In this document: in pieces, positions 15,744-25,028 of the stretch | How the letters are laid out: each line of letters opens with the position of its first letter | Numbering within the stretch: position 1 is the stretch's first letter | Origin: Acidobacteriota bacterium | Lineage (GTDB): Bacteria; Acidobacteriota; Thermoanaerobaculia; Multivoradales; J023 | Assembly (NCBI GenBank): GCA_039027015.1 | Contig: JBCCLG010000001.1 | Location: 1 to 60,917, forward strand | Length of the DNA: 60,917 nucleotides | Direction: 5' to 3' | Notes under the pieces: model-generated | Database searches by the model: none | What the model was told of the DNA's origin: nothing | What the model saw: the letters and a program-made list of their open reading frames with translations, nothing else | Translations under genes and position numbers: made by a program

Positions 15744-16684
15744 CCTTCCTCCAGGGGCTCCGCGTCTGAGGGGGCGCTCCGCACCGCGGAGAGCATCCGG
15801 CGAACGGGCGAGATCGACAGGCTGTTGCCGACCAGCCGCCAGGCGCTCCTGCGGTTGATCTCGGGCGGCAGCGCAAAGGTCGGCGGAAAGCCGAGCAGGC
15901 GCAGGATCTCTCGGGGCGTGAAGTAGCGAGGACCTTCCTCAGTGAGAAGATAGGAGCCGCTGCGCACCGGCGAGCGGCCGTAGGCCGAGGTGAAGCAGGA
16001 GGTCACGGCCTCGGCGGTGTCCGCCTCTTCGGGAGAGATCACGTGCAGCGCCCCGCGGTAGCGGCGAGCGGTGGCGGGCTCGAGGAGCCATTCGGCCGCG
16101 GCCAGATCCCGATCGAGGAAAAAGCGTAGGGGTCTCGCCGGACGCCGACGCGAATCCTCGGCGAGGGGCTGAAGCGCGCCGAGCCCGGCCACGAGATAAA
16201 AGCGCGGTCGACGATTCGGCAGGCCGAGCTGACTGGGACACAGGAGGCGCTCGATCACGCTGCGGTAGCCCGACCTCTCGAGGGCGCGCAGGAGAAGCGC
16301 GTGGGCCGCGGACCCTTTGAAGCCGGCCACGTTTTCGAGAGCAAAGAATCGGGGGCGCACCCGCTCCATGAGGCGCACCAGCCCCTTGAAGGTCTCGGCC
16401 CGGGGATCGTCGAGATCCCGCCGCAGGCCGCGTCGGGTGTAGGGCTGACAGGGAGGTGAGGCCCACCAGAGATCGCAGTCGAGAGCCTGCAGACGCTCGG
16501 CCGACAGGCCTTCGATCAGCCTGCAGACCGAGCGGTGCCGCGCAAAGTTGTGACGGTAGACCTCGAGGGCCTTGGCATTGATGTCAAAGGCGCGAACCAC
16601 GCGTCCCGCGCCGGTCGCCGCGAGCCCTCCGATGCCGCAATAGAACTCGAGAATCCTCGGCGCCGGTGCGCCCGGACCACTCAA
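15731..16684 (-). CDS. Dnmt2/TRDMT1-family cytosine-5 methyltransferase (probable tRNA C38 methyltransferase)
   Basis: All C5-MTase motifs are present in Dnmt2 flavour: LEFYCGIGG (I), SPPCQPYTRRG (IV), ALENVAGF (VI), QLGLPNRRPRFYLVA (VIII), the CFT signature (TSCFTSAYG), and RYFTPREILRLLGFPP...RLVGNSLSISPV (IX/X). TTG start at 16684. The 3' end overlaps the convergent gene by 13 nt. Confidence 0.85.
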   Translation of the reverse strand: MSGPGAPAPRILEFYCGIGGLAATGAGRVVRAFDINAKALEVYRHNFARHRSVCRLIEGLSAERLQALDCDLWWASPPCQPYTRRGLRRDLDDPRAETFKGLVRLMERVRPRFFALENVAGFKGSAAHALLLRALERSGYRSVIERLLCPSQLGLPNRRPRFYLVAGLGALQPLAEDSRRRPARPLRFFLDRDLAAAEWLLEPATARRYRGALHVISPEEADTAEAVTSCFTSAYGRSPVRSGSYLLTEEGPRYFTPREILRLLGFPPTFALPPEINRRSAWRLVGNSLSISPVRRMLSAVRSAPSDAEPLEEGQQV

Positions 16685-16778
16685 GGGCGCGGCCGGCTGA
16701 CGCGATGGCGAAGGGACTCTGGCGGCATTGCGGCATTATAGGATTCGGCCATGAGCACACAGCACCGGCGGCGCGGCC

Positions 16779-17735
16779 ATGTTCTCCTATAAGAAGATCC
16801 CCGCGGACGAGCTGTGGCGCGCCACGGGACGCTGGGGCGAGGTACCCGGGGCCAAACCCCGGATTTCCTTCTTCTGCTCGCCTCCAGACGGCTATGAGGC
16901 TCTCAACGGGCGGGCGCCGCGGCGCGTCGACCGGGAGGGCTCCGATCCGAAGCGGATCTTCCGCGAGAACTGCGGACATCGGGGCACCCTCGAGTCGGTC
17001 AAAGTCCTGGACTTTCCTTCGCGGCTTCCCACGGCCACCCTCGAGCAGGCGGCCGAGGAGTGCCGCACCCTGCGCTCTCGAGGATCGCTCACGGTCATGA
17101 GGGGCGATCGACCCACGGACTTGCTGCGGCCGCTCTCCCCGGACCTCGCTGAGCGGGTGCGCTCCTGCCCGGCGCTGCGCCAGGTTCTCGAGTGGCTGGA
17201 AGGCGGCGATTTGGCCGGCTCGGGCCTCTTCGTCAGGTCGATCAAATTCGACGACGCCCGGGCCTCTTCGACCGCACGCGATCCTCGGCGGCTCGCGACC
17301 CACCTGCATTTCGACGCCGAGCGCGCGACGCCGAAGACCTTCAGCGGCAGCATCCGTCAGTTTTATCTCAACCTCAGCTCGACACCTCGGCACTTCCTGA
17401 TCGTCCCGGTGGCCCTCGAGGAGATGCTGGCGGCGGGCGAGCATCCCGAGGAGCCCGTGGGAGGTACCCTCGAGCGCTTTCTCGACCGTTTCGGGACGCT
17501 CGCCGAGGTCACGGCGGCTCCGCCTTTCTCGCTGGTGGTTTTCGACGGTCGCGCCTTCGCCCACGACGCCGCCAAGTTCGAGCACTCTTCCTTCCTCGAC
17601 GAGGGCGCGCCCCTCGAGCTGGCCCGCGAGCCGGACTTCATCGTGGCGCTCGACGCCCTCGAGACCAACTACGAGCACGTGGGGTATCGGCCCGAAGCGC
17701 CCTTTCTCGAGGACGTAGCAGCGGCCGCCGGCTGA
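16779..17735 (+). CDS. Hypothetical protein (318 aa) with an HxD...H pattern compatible with a cupin/Fe(II)-2OG oxygenase-like fold (unverified)
   Basis: The + frame has strongly G/C-ending codons and a balanced amino-acid composition. The overlapping - ORF 16584..17840 is Arg/Gly/Glu-rich shadow. Patterns seen are THLHFDAE and, about 73 aa later, FDGRAFAHDAAKF. Confidence 0.6.
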   Translation: MFSYKKIPADELWRATGRWGEVPGAKPRISFFCSPPDGYEALNGRAPRRVDREGSDPKRIFRENCGHRGTLESVKVLDFPSRLPTATLEQAAEECRTLRSRGSLTVMRGDRPTDLLRPLSPDLAERVRSCPALRQVLEWLEGGDLAGSGLFVRSIKFDDARASSTARDPRRLATHLHFDAERATPKTFSGSIRQFYLNLSSTPRHFLIVPVALEEMLAAGEHPEEPVGGTLERFLDRFGTLAEVTAAPPFSLVVFDGRAFAHDAAKFEHSSFLDEGAPLELAREPDFIVALDALETNYEHVGYRPEAPFLEDVAAAAG

Positions 17736-17931
17736 GGAGACCGGCCGGAGCCTCGGCTCCGCGCGGCCCGAGGCCCGCCTTTTGCTATAAGCTTGAAGGC
17801 CTGCGCTTCGGAGGATCCTCTCAACGGCGCGGACTCTCAACCCCTTCGCAGCATCCCTTTGTTTCGGACTCGGCCCCGGCTCCGCTCTGGCCCGGAGAGG
17901 TCGAGCCCAAGCCCCCCGTCTCTCTCTTCCA

Positions 17932-19722
17932 TTGACGATCCAGCGCTTTCTCTCCCCTCACCGGCTGATCCTCTGGCTGCTGCCCTGGGTGACCGCGGTT
18001 TCTCTCCTGGCCGTCTTCGCCTGGATCGAGACCCGGGCCCTGATCGCGGAGGCCGAGCGACTGCTGATCGCGGGCGAAGGTTCAGCAGCGGAGCAGCGGC
18101 TTGCCGGGCTGGCGCGCCTGCCGGGACTCCGCGCCGAGGCGAGGGCGGGGCTCGAGCTGGCCCTCGCCCTCGGCGGCGCGGGGACGGTCGCGGACGGCAA
18201 AGCGGCGGACCGAGCAGATCTTGACGGCGACGGAGGATTCCGGGCCTTCGATTTAGCCCTCATCACGCGCGCCGCCTTCGACCGCGGCGATTTCGGCGCG
18301 GTTCTGAGACTCGACGCCCTGGCGACTTCGCGCGGCCTGCCTCCCCAGCCTTGGATTACCCTCGCCGCCCGCATCGAGCAGGGCGCTCCGCCGGAAACGG
18401 CGAAGAAAACCGAGGCACGAGCCGCTTTGATGGCGCCCCCAGCCCGCAGCGTGCTGGCGCGCAGGGTTCGCGCCCATCTCGACTCTCCCCAGCAGGGAAT
18501 CGTGCTGCGGTCCAGGGATGGCCGGCGCCTCGGCGTTCTAAGCGACGGTGCCGTACAGGCCGCCCCGGGACTCGACGCGCGGTGGCTGCCGAACCAGCTG
18601 ACCGAGCTCGAGGAGCTGCTGCCCCACGCCGGCTCGATCCGCACCAGCCTCGATCTCGAGCTGATGGAGGCTGCCGCCGGCGCCTTTGGGAGGTTTCGCG
18701 GCTCGATCGTCCTGGTGGACCCCTGGACCGGCGAGATCCTGGCCGCCGTCAGCGACCGCAAGACACGCCGGAGAGACCGCGGCACGCCGGCGCTCGAGCA
18801 GTTCCGCGAGCCCGCCTCGATCTCCAAGCTGATCACCACGGCCGCCTATTTACGCCAGGGCCTCGACCCCGAGGCTCGCCTCGCCGGCATGGCGTGCCGC
18901 GGACACGAAAGCTATGCCGGAGAGCGCCTCTACTGCCCCGTGATCGCCGGCCGGCTTCTGGGCCTTGACCGCGCGATGGCGGTGTCCTGCAACGTGGCTT
19001 TTGCCGAGCTGGCCGAAGATATGGGCCGAGGGCCTCTGCTCGAGGAGCTGCGCCGCTTCGGCTTCGATCGCCCCCTGGGGCCCTTTTCCGGCGGGCGGAT
19101 CGTGACGCCCTATGGCGATGAGCGTCAGCTCGCCGATATGGCCATCGGCCTGGAGGCCACGGAGCTCACCCCACTGCACGCCGCCCTGGTAGCAGCCACC
19201 GTCGCCACCGGCGGCGACCTGGTGGAGCCGACCCTGCTGCGCGGGGTCGATGGCAGGCTCGGCCTGCATCCCCGCACCCTGCGGGATCCGAGCGTCACCC
19301 GGGTTCTCGAACCGGAGCACGCCGAGACGCTGCGGCGCTCGATGGTGGCCGTCGCGCAGCGGGGCACCGGCCAGCGCATGCGCACCCACGGCTTCCCCGT
19401 GGCTATGAAAACCGGCACCGCCTCACACCCTCAGTATGGCTTTCACGTCAACTACGTCGGCTTCGGTCCGCTGCCCGAGGCGCGCGTGGCCTTCTGCGTC
19501 CGCATCACCCACCAGGCCACCTCGCGCCGGGTGCGCGCGGCCGCGACCGAGGTTACCCGGCGGCTTTTTCGCCGGCTGCGCACGGTGAGCCGGCAGCGCG
19601 GCTGGCAGACGCCGAGCCGATCGCGCCTGACGGAGTCGGCGCAGGCTCCCCAGCGCCTCGCCGAGCGGCGGGACGCTCGGGCGCCGGGAGTAGTGGGCGA
19701 GTCCGCCCGGGCCGGCCGCTGA
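17932..19722 (+). CDS. Penicillin-binding protein, transpeptidase domain (class B-like), N-terminally membrane-anchored
   Basis: SxxK (ASISKLIT), SxN (VSCNVAF) and KTG (MKTGTASH) motifs occur in the correct order. There is an N-terminal TM helix. TTG start. Confidence 0.75.
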   Translation: MTIQRFLSPHRLILWLLPWVTAVSLLAVFAWIETRALIAEAERLLIAGEGSAAEQRLAGLARLPGLRAEARAGLELALALGGAGTVADGKAADRADLDGDGGFRAFDLALITRAAFDRGDFGAVLRLDALATSRGLPPQPWITLAARIEQGAPPETAKKTEARAALMAPPARSVLARRVRAHLDSPQQGIVLRSRDGRRLGVLSDGAVQAAPGLDARWLPNQLTELEELLPHAGSIRTSLDLELMEAAAGAFGRFRGSIVLVDPWTGEILAAVSDRKTRRRDRGTPALEQFREPASISKLITTAAYLRQGLDPEARLAGMACRGHESYAGERLYCPVIAGRLLGLDRAMAVSCNVAFAELAEDMGRGPLLEELRRFGFDRPLGPFSGGRIVTPYGDERQLADMAIGLEATELTPLHAALVAATVATGGDLVEPTLLRGVDGRLGLHPRTLRDPSVTRVLEPEHAETLRRSMVAVAQRGTGQRMRTHGFPVAMKTGTASHPQYGFHVNYVGFGPLPEARVAFCVRITHQATSRRVRAAATEVTRRLFRRLRTVSRQRGWQTPSRSRLTESAQAPQRLAERRDARAPGVVGESARAGR

Positions 19723-19744
19723 CCTTCACATGCGAGCCGGTCGC

Positions 19745-20353
19745 TCAAGATTTTTGGGCCGTGGAGAGCCTGCTCCGCAGCTCGTCGGCCAAAGCACCAG
19801 CCGCTTGGGCGAGATCTTCGAGGGAGCCGTCGTTCTTGAGAATGCGGCTCGCGCCGGCCCTGCGCTCCGCGCCGCCTCCCTGAGCGCGCAGGCGAGCGAG
19901 AGCCTCTTCTTCGCCCATGCCGCGACCGACGGCCCAGGCGAGACGCTTTTCGTGCGGGGCCTCGATCGAAATCACGAGATCGAAGCTCGCCGCGTGGCCC
20001 GACTCGACGAGCAGGGTGGCCTCGTAGACCACGACTCCTTCGAGGCTCTTCGCGATGCTTCGAAAATGCTCGTGCACCAGGGGGTGAATCGCTGACTCGA
20101 CCCGCTCTTTGGTTTTTGGATCGCTGAAGATCAGCCGAGCGACCGACGGTTTGTCGACCGCACCCGAGGCGTCGAGAACCTCGGGTCCCAAGAGCTCGCC
20201 GAGCGCCGCGGCGCCCCGCCCGCCCGGCGCGTAGAGTTCGGCGACCACGCGATCGGCGTCCACGACGTGAAAGCCCTCCTTCTCGAGGAGCCGGGCCACG
20301 GTGGATTTGCCGCTCGCCATGCCGCCGGTCAGGCCGAGCAAGAAGCGCTTCAT
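19745..20353 (-). CDS. coaE: Dephospho-CoA kinase
   Basis: From ATG 20353: MKRFLLGLTGGMASGKSTVARLLEKEGFHVVDADRVV... (P-loop). ATGA overlap with the folD stop. The rest of the 386-aa track ORF overlaps folD and is spurious. Confidence 0.9.
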   Translation of the reverse strand: MKRFLLGLTGGMASGKSTVARLLEKEGFHVVDADRVVAELYAPGGRGAAALGELLGPEVLDASGAVDKPSVARLIFSDPKTKERVESAIHPLVHEHFRSIAKSLEGVVVYEATLLVESGHAASFDLVISIEAPHEKRLAWAVGRGMGEEEALARLRAQGGGAERRAGASRILKNDGSLEDLAQAAGALADELRSRLSTAQKS

Positions 20354-21321
20354 GAGGACGACGCGCCGTCCTCGTCTCGGCTCTGCAGACGGCGCGAGGC
20401 CTTGAGGGTGTTGGCGACCACCATCGCGACGGTCAGAGGACCGACGCCTCCCGGCACGGGGGTGAGGGCAGATGCTTTGGCGTGCACCGCCCGGGAGTCG
20501 ACGTCGCCGGTGAGCAGATAGCCGCGCTTGTCGTACCGCGCTCGGCGTACCGCATCGCCGGGGTAGAGACGCTCGAGCTCGCTTTCTTCGTCGACCCGGT
20601 TCATGCCGACATCGATCACCACGGCCCCTTCGCGGACGTGGTCCGGTCCGATCAATGCCGTTCTGCCGACGGCGGCGATTAGGATGTCGGCCCGTCGGCA
20701 CTCCGCGGCCAGGTCGGCGGTCCGCGAGTGGCAGATCGTGACCGTGGCGTTCTCGCGCAGGAGGAGCGCCGCCATGGGCTTGCCGACGATGTTGGAGCGC
20801 CCGACGATCACCGCGTGGCGTCCCTTCATCGGAATCTTCTCTCGCCGCAGCAGCTCGATGACCCCGGAGGGAGTTGCCGGCGCCAAGCATTCCTCGCCGC
20901 TCCACAGCCGGCCGACGTTGACCGGATGAAAGCCGTCGACGTCTTTCTCCGGCGAGATTCTCTCGAGAATCGGTCTCTCATCGATGGCGGCGGGCAGCGG
21001 CAGCTGCACCAGGATGCCGTCGACCTCGGGATCGCCGTTGAGCGCGTCGATCGTGCTCTCGAGCTCTGCCTGCTGCACGGAGTCCGGGAGACGCAGGGTG
21101 CGGCCGATCATGCCGACCCGCTCGCAGGTCTTGGCCTTGCTGCGCACGTACGCGCCCGAGGCCGCGTTGTCGCCAACCAGTACGGCCACCAGCTGGGGTC
21201 GCCGGCCGCCGTCAGCGGTCAGCGCCTCGACCTCGGCCTGGAGGTCGCTCTGTATAGCCCGGGCGACCGCCTTCCCGTCGAGAACTTTCGCTGCTGCTGC
21301 CACGGCTCGCTGCTCCTTCAC
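20350..21321 (-). CDS. folD: Bifunctional methylenetetrahydrofolate dehydrogenase / methenyl-THF cyclohydrolase
   Basis: KVLDGKAVARAIQSDLQAEV...LVAVLVGDNAASGAYVRSKAKTCERVG...GFHPVNVGRL...VIVGRSNIVGKPMAALLL...TPVPGGVGPLTVAMV. Confidence 0.95.
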   Translation of the reverse strand: MKEQRAVAAAAKVLDGKAVARAIQSDLQAEVEALTADGGRRPQLVAVLVGDNAASGAYVRSKAKTCERVGMIGRTLRLPDSVQQAELESTIDALNGDPEVDGILVQLPLPAAIDERPILERISPEKDVDGFHPVNVGRLWSGEECLAPATPSGVIELLRREKIPMKGRHAVIVGRSNIVGKPMAALLLRENATVTICHSRTADLAAECRRADILIAAVGRTALIGPDHVREGAVVIDVGMNRVDEESELERLYPGDAVRRARYDKRGYLLTGDVDSRAVHAKASALTPVPGGVGPLTVAMVVANTLKASRRLQSRDEDGASSS

Positions 21322-21391
21322 AAAGAGGGGATTTGAGAGGAGCCGGGAGCATACCGCAGGGCCGACGGTCGGCCCGGCGGAACGGCGGGCG

Positions 21392-21808
21392 CTAGAGCAT
21401 GCCCAGCTCGAGCCGCGCGGCTTCCGACATCATGCTCGGATTCCACACGGGATCCCACACGATTTCGACCTCGGCCGACTCGACGCCCTCGACGCCCTCG
21501 ACCTTGGCCCGCACTTCGCCCGGCAAGGTTCCCGCGACCGGGCAGGCGGGGGAGGTGAGGGTCATGGTGACGTCAACGTGGCCGTCATCGCCCACGGCCA
21601 CGTTGTAGATCAGGCCCATCTCATAGACGTTGACCGGGATCTCCGGGTCGTACACCGTCTTGATCTGCTCGATGATCTGATCTTCGAGGCTCGGGGGCGA
21701 GACCGAAGACGCCTCGTCGCCGCTGGCCGGGCTCTCGGCGGAGCTCTCCGACGGCTCGGAGCTCGGGGTCTCGGGGGACGCGCTTCCAAGGGGCACGAAG
21801 TGTTGCAT
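21392..21808 (-). CDS. sufT: Fe-S assembly protein SufT (DUF59/MIP18 family)
   Basis: IIEQIKTVYDPEIPVNVYEMGLIYNV...VDVTMTLTSPACPVAG...VEIVWDPVWNPSMMSEAARLELGM. The ATG at 21808 is preceded by GAGGT. Last gene of the suf cluster. Confidence 0.8.
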   Translation of the reverse strand: MQHFVPLGSASPETPSSEPSESSAESPASGDEASSVSPPSLEDQIIEQIKTVYDPEIPVNVYEMGLIYNVAVGDDGHVDVTMTLTSPACPVAGTLPGEVRAKVEGVEGVESAEVEIVWDPVWNPSMMSEAARLELGML

Positions 21809-21905
21809 GGGGAACCTCGCTATGGGGTATGTCATCGAACCCGGGAACCTTCTCTCAACGCGGCTCCGCTCCTCGAAAGCGGGCTGGCGCGAGGGGTCTC
21901 CCGGT

Positions 21906-22352
21906 TCACTCGGTGGTGATTTTGGCACCCGGATCGTCGAGCGCCGCCTGCAGGGTGTGCCACGCCAGGGTGGCGCATTTGATGCGAACCGGAAGCTCAC
22001 GAACGCCGGCCAGCGCTTCAAGCTTGCCGAGATCGTGATCTCCCACCTCCGCCTGTCCGGTTACCAGATCGCGAAATTGGTGAAAAAGCTCCCGGGCCTC
22101 GTCGAGGGTCTTGCCCTGAACCGACTCGGTCAGGAGCGACGCCGATGCCGTGGAGATGGCGCAGCCGGCGCCCTCAAAGCCGATGCTCTCGACCCGGTCG
22201 TCGACGATCTTGAGAAAAACCTCGACCCGGTCGCCGCACAGGGGGTTGTTGCCCTTGGCGTGCCGATCCGCGTTCTCGAGGGGGCCATAGTTGCGCGGCG
22301 ATCGGTAGTGGTCGAGGATGACCTCCTGATAGAGCTGCTTGAGATCGGTCAT
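21906..22352 (-). CDS. sufU: SufU/IscU-like sulfur-transfer scaffold protein
   Basis: LYQEVILDHYRSPRNYG...NPLCGDRVEVFLKI...GFEGAGCAISTASASLL...VRIKCATLAWHTL. Confidence 0.9.
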   Translation of the reverse strand: MTDLKQLYQEVILDHYRSPRNYGPLENADRHAKGNNPLCGDRVEVFLKIVDDRVESIGFEGAGCAISTASASLLTESVQGKTLDEARELFHQFRDLVTGQAEVGDHDLGKLEALAGVRELPVRIKCATLAWHTLQAALDDPGAKITTE

Positions 22353-22417
22353 GTCTCGGGGTGCGCTCGCTTGCTTGATGCGCGGGGTCGGCGGTTCGAG
22401 GGTGAGGCGCCTTCAGG

Positions 22418-23674
22418 TCAGGAGGCGGCGCGACGACCGAACATGTCGAGCACGCCGTCGATCGCCGAAACCAGGCGGTCGACGTCGTCTCGGCCGTTGT
22501 AGAAGGCAAAGGACGCGCGGGCCGTGGCCGGCAGGCCGAATCGGTCCATGACCGGCTGGGCGCAGTGATGGCCGGCGCGCACGGCCACGCCCTCGTGATC
22601 AAGGATGGTGCCGATATCGTGCGGATGCACCCCTTCGAGGGTGAAGGAGATCACCGAGGCCTTGTGCTCCGCCGTGCCGACGATCGTCACCTCCGGGATC
22701 GCTTCTAGCCTGCGGGTCGCGTAGGCCAGCAGGTCGTTTTCGTGACGCGCGATGGCCTCGAAGCCCAGCTCGGTTACGTAGTCCATCGCCGCCGCCATCC
22801 CCTGCACGCCCACGATATGCGGCGTGCCGGCCTCGAAGCGGTGGGGAGGCACGTTGAACTCCGTGCCCTCGAAGCTCACCGAGGTAATCATCTCGCCGCC
22901 GCCCTGGTAGGGCTGCATCTCGAGAAGATGCTCATAGCGGCCGTAGAGTGCGCCGATGCCGGTGGGGCCAAAGAGCTTATGAGCCGAGAGGACGTAAAAG
23001 TCGCAGCCCAGGTCCTGGACGTCGAGGCGCGAGTGGGGAGCCGCCTGGGCGCCATCGAGCAACACGGGAATACCCTGCTCGTGGGCCAGGCGTACGATCT
23101 CGCGCACGGGATTGATGGTGCCTAGGGCGTTCGAGACGTGGCCCATGGCCACCATCTTGATCCGGGGGCCGAGCAGCTCGCGGTAAACGTCCATGTCGAG
23201 CTGCCCCCGATCGTCGATCGGCACCACCTCGACCCGCGCCCCGGCGTCATCGCAGACCATCTGCCAAGGCACGATATTCGAGTGATGCTCCATCTGCGAG
23301 AGGATCACCCGGTCGCCAGGCTCGAGCCGCGGCCGCGCGAAGCTCCACGCCACCAGGTTGATGCCCTCGGTAGCGCCGCGCACGAAGACCACCTCGTCCT
23401 CGCGCTCGGCGCCCAGGAAGTCGCGCGCGGTAAGGCGGGCGGTTTCGTAGAGGTCGGTGGCCCGCTGGGAGAGGCTGTGCACGCCGCGGTGGACGTTGGA
23501 GTAGGAGCCGCTGTAGCCCGCTACCAGGGCGTCGATCACCACCTGCGGCTTGTGGGCCGAGGCCGCGCTGTCGAGGTAGACCAGCGGGCGACCGTGGATC
23601 TCCTGGCCGAGCGCCGGAAAGTCCTTGCGTACCCTCTCGAGATCGATCGCCGGTGCGGCGCCGTCGTCCCTCAA
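22418..23674 (-). CDS. sufS: Cysteine desulfurase SufS (class V aminotransferase, group II)
   Basis: VYLDSAASAHKP...YSNVHRGVHSLS...SAHKLFGPTGIGALYG...FEAGTPHIVG...VAVRAGHHCAQP. Confidence 0.95.
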   Translation of the reverse strand: MRDDGAAPAIDLERVRKDFPALGQEIHGRPLVYLDSAASAHKPQVVIDALVAGYSGSYSNVHRGVHSLSQRATDLYETARLTARDFLGAEREDEVVFVRGATEGINLVAWSFARPRLEPGDRVILSQMEHHSNIVPWQMVCDDAGARVEVVPIDDRGQLDMDVYRELLGPRIKMVAMGHVSNALGTINPVREIVRLAHEQGIPVLLDGAQAAPHSRLDVQDLGCDFYVLSAHKLFGPTGIGALYGRYEHLLEMQPYQGGGEMITSVSFEGTEFNVPPHRFEAGTPHIVGVQGMAAAMDYVTELGFEAIARHENDLLAYATRRLEAIPEVTIVGTAEHKASVISFTLEGVHPHDIGTILDHEGVAVRAGHHCAQPVMDRFGLPATARASFAFYNGRDDVDRLVSAIDGVLDMFGRRAAS

Positions 23675-23675
23675 G

Positions 23676-25004
23676 TCACACCGCCTGACGCACGACGTCG
23701 CCCTTGGGCAGCCGAGTGAAAAGGAACTCCTCGAGATCGCTGCGCACGGTCTCCAGGCGGAACTCCTCCAGCACTTCAGCGGCGAAGGCGTAGGTCAGCA
23801 GGCTGCGCGCGGCCTCTTCGCCGATGCCCCGCGAGCGCAGGTAGAAGATGGCCTCTTCGGAGAGGTGACCGGTGGTCGAGCCGTGGGTGCAGCGCACGTC
23901 GTCGGCGAAAATTTCGAGCTGCGGATTGCTGTGGGCGATCGCGCTGTCGGAGAGCAGGAGATGCTGACTCGACTGCTTGGCGTCGGTCTTTTGAGCGTCT
24001 TCGTGCACCTTGATTCGGCCGTTGAAGACGGCCCTGGAGCGCCCCTCGAGCACTCCCTTAAACAGCTCGAAGCTGTTGCAGTGCGGCACCGCGTGATCGA
24101 CCCACATGTGGTGATCCACAAGCTGACGGCCGCGGCCCAGATAGAGGCCGTTGAGCGTGCAGTTGATGCCCTCTCCCCCGAGGTAGGCACGAATATCGTT
24201 GCGCACGATGGCGCCGCCGTGGTTCACCGAGTGAGTGAAGTGATACGCGTCACGCCCGAGGCTGACCTCGAGGGTCGCGAGATGGAAAGCGTCGACGCTC
24301 TCCTCGCCGAGGCGGTAGTGATCGATCACGGAATTGGCGTCGCCGACGATTTCCGTGACGGGGCAGGTGAAATACACGTCTCCCGGGAAGCCGACGTAGC
24401 TCTCGAGCACGGTGACCTCGGCGCTCTGCTCCACGACGACCAGATTGCGCGGATAGGAGACCGTCGAGTGGTCGCCGACCGTCGCCACGAAGAGGAGGTG
24501 CAGCGGCTTCTCCACCCGCACTCCTCGCGGCACGTAGACGAACGCCCCGTCTTCAAGGTGGGCGGTGTTGAGCGCCACAAAGGGCTGCTCGACGTCGGCG
24601 TGCTGGCCGAGGTGCGGAAGAACCTTTTCGGGCACCTCGCGCAGCGCCTGGGCCAGACTGCCGGCGTAGACGCCTTCGGGCAGCTCTCCACTCTCGGACA
24701 GCTCGGGGTCGAAGAGCCCGTTGACGAAGACAAAGTCCTGGGTCTCCTCGACCAAAAAGGGCTTCAGCCTCTCGGTGGTGAGCCCAAAACGTTCGCTACC
24801 CGCCATGCGGGCTTCGAGGCGGGCAACCGGGCTGACGTTGGTGTTGCGCCAGTCCTCGTGGTGAATGGACGGGAAGCCGATCTCCTCGAAGCGCTCGAGG
24901 CCTCTGCGGCGCAGGGCCACCACGTCGTCCGGCTGCTTGTCGAGCCGGGCTTCGAAGCTTGCGTAGTCGGCGATCAGGGCGTGTCTTTCAGCGACGGCGG
25001 CCAT
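23676..25004 (-). CDS. sufD: Fe-S cluster assembly protein SufD
   Basis: 442 aa located between sufC and sufS. It has the characteristic C-terminal ...GRIKVHEDAQKTDAKQSSQHLLLSDSA...PQLEIFADDVRCTHGSTTGHLSEEAIFYLRSRGI. Confidence 0.9.
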   Translation of the reverse strand: MAAVAERHALIADYASFEARLDKQPDDVVALRRRGLERFEEIGFPSIHHEDWRNTNVSPVARLEARMAGSERFGLTTERLKPFLVEETQDFVFVNGLFDPELSESGELPEGVYAGSLAQALREVPEKVLPHLGQHADVEQPFVALNTAHLEDGAFVYVPRGVRVEKPLHLLFVATVGDHSTVSYPRNLVVVEQSAEVTVLESYVGFPGDVYFTCPVTEIVGDANSVIDHYRLGEESVDAFHLATLEVSLGRDAYHFTHSVNHGGAIVRNDIRAYLGGEGINCTLNGLYLGRGRQLVDHHMWVDHAVPHCNSFELFKGVLEGRSRAVFNGRIKVHEDAQKTDAKQSSQHLLLSDSAIAHSNPQLEIFADDVRCTHGSTTGHLSEEAIFYLRSRGIGEEAARSLLTYAFAAEVLEEFRLETVRSDLEEFLFTRLPKGDVVRQAV

Positions 25005-25028
25005 CGTCGATCCTCACCTTTCCCAGAC

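Noticed and set aside
15731-17735. Type II restriction-modification system (C5-MTase plus a divergent unknown gene as the REase)
   Set aside because: The methyltransferase carries Dnmt2-specific features (the CFT motif and a TRDMT1-like C-terminus) rather than a DNA-MTase target-recognition domain. The neighbour shows no PD-(D/E)xK or HNH pattern that I could see.
16584-17840. 418-aa minus-strand ORF overlapping the 318-aa + ORF
   Set aside because: The + frame has G/C-dominated third positions and a protein-like composition. The minus ORF is Arg/Gly/Glu-rich shadow and would also overlap the Dnmt2 gene.
20354-20905. Upstream 184 codons of the coaE track ORF (19745..20905)
   Set aside because: They overlap folD in another frame. 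The CoaE P-loop N-terminus starts at ATG 20353, coupled to the folD stop.
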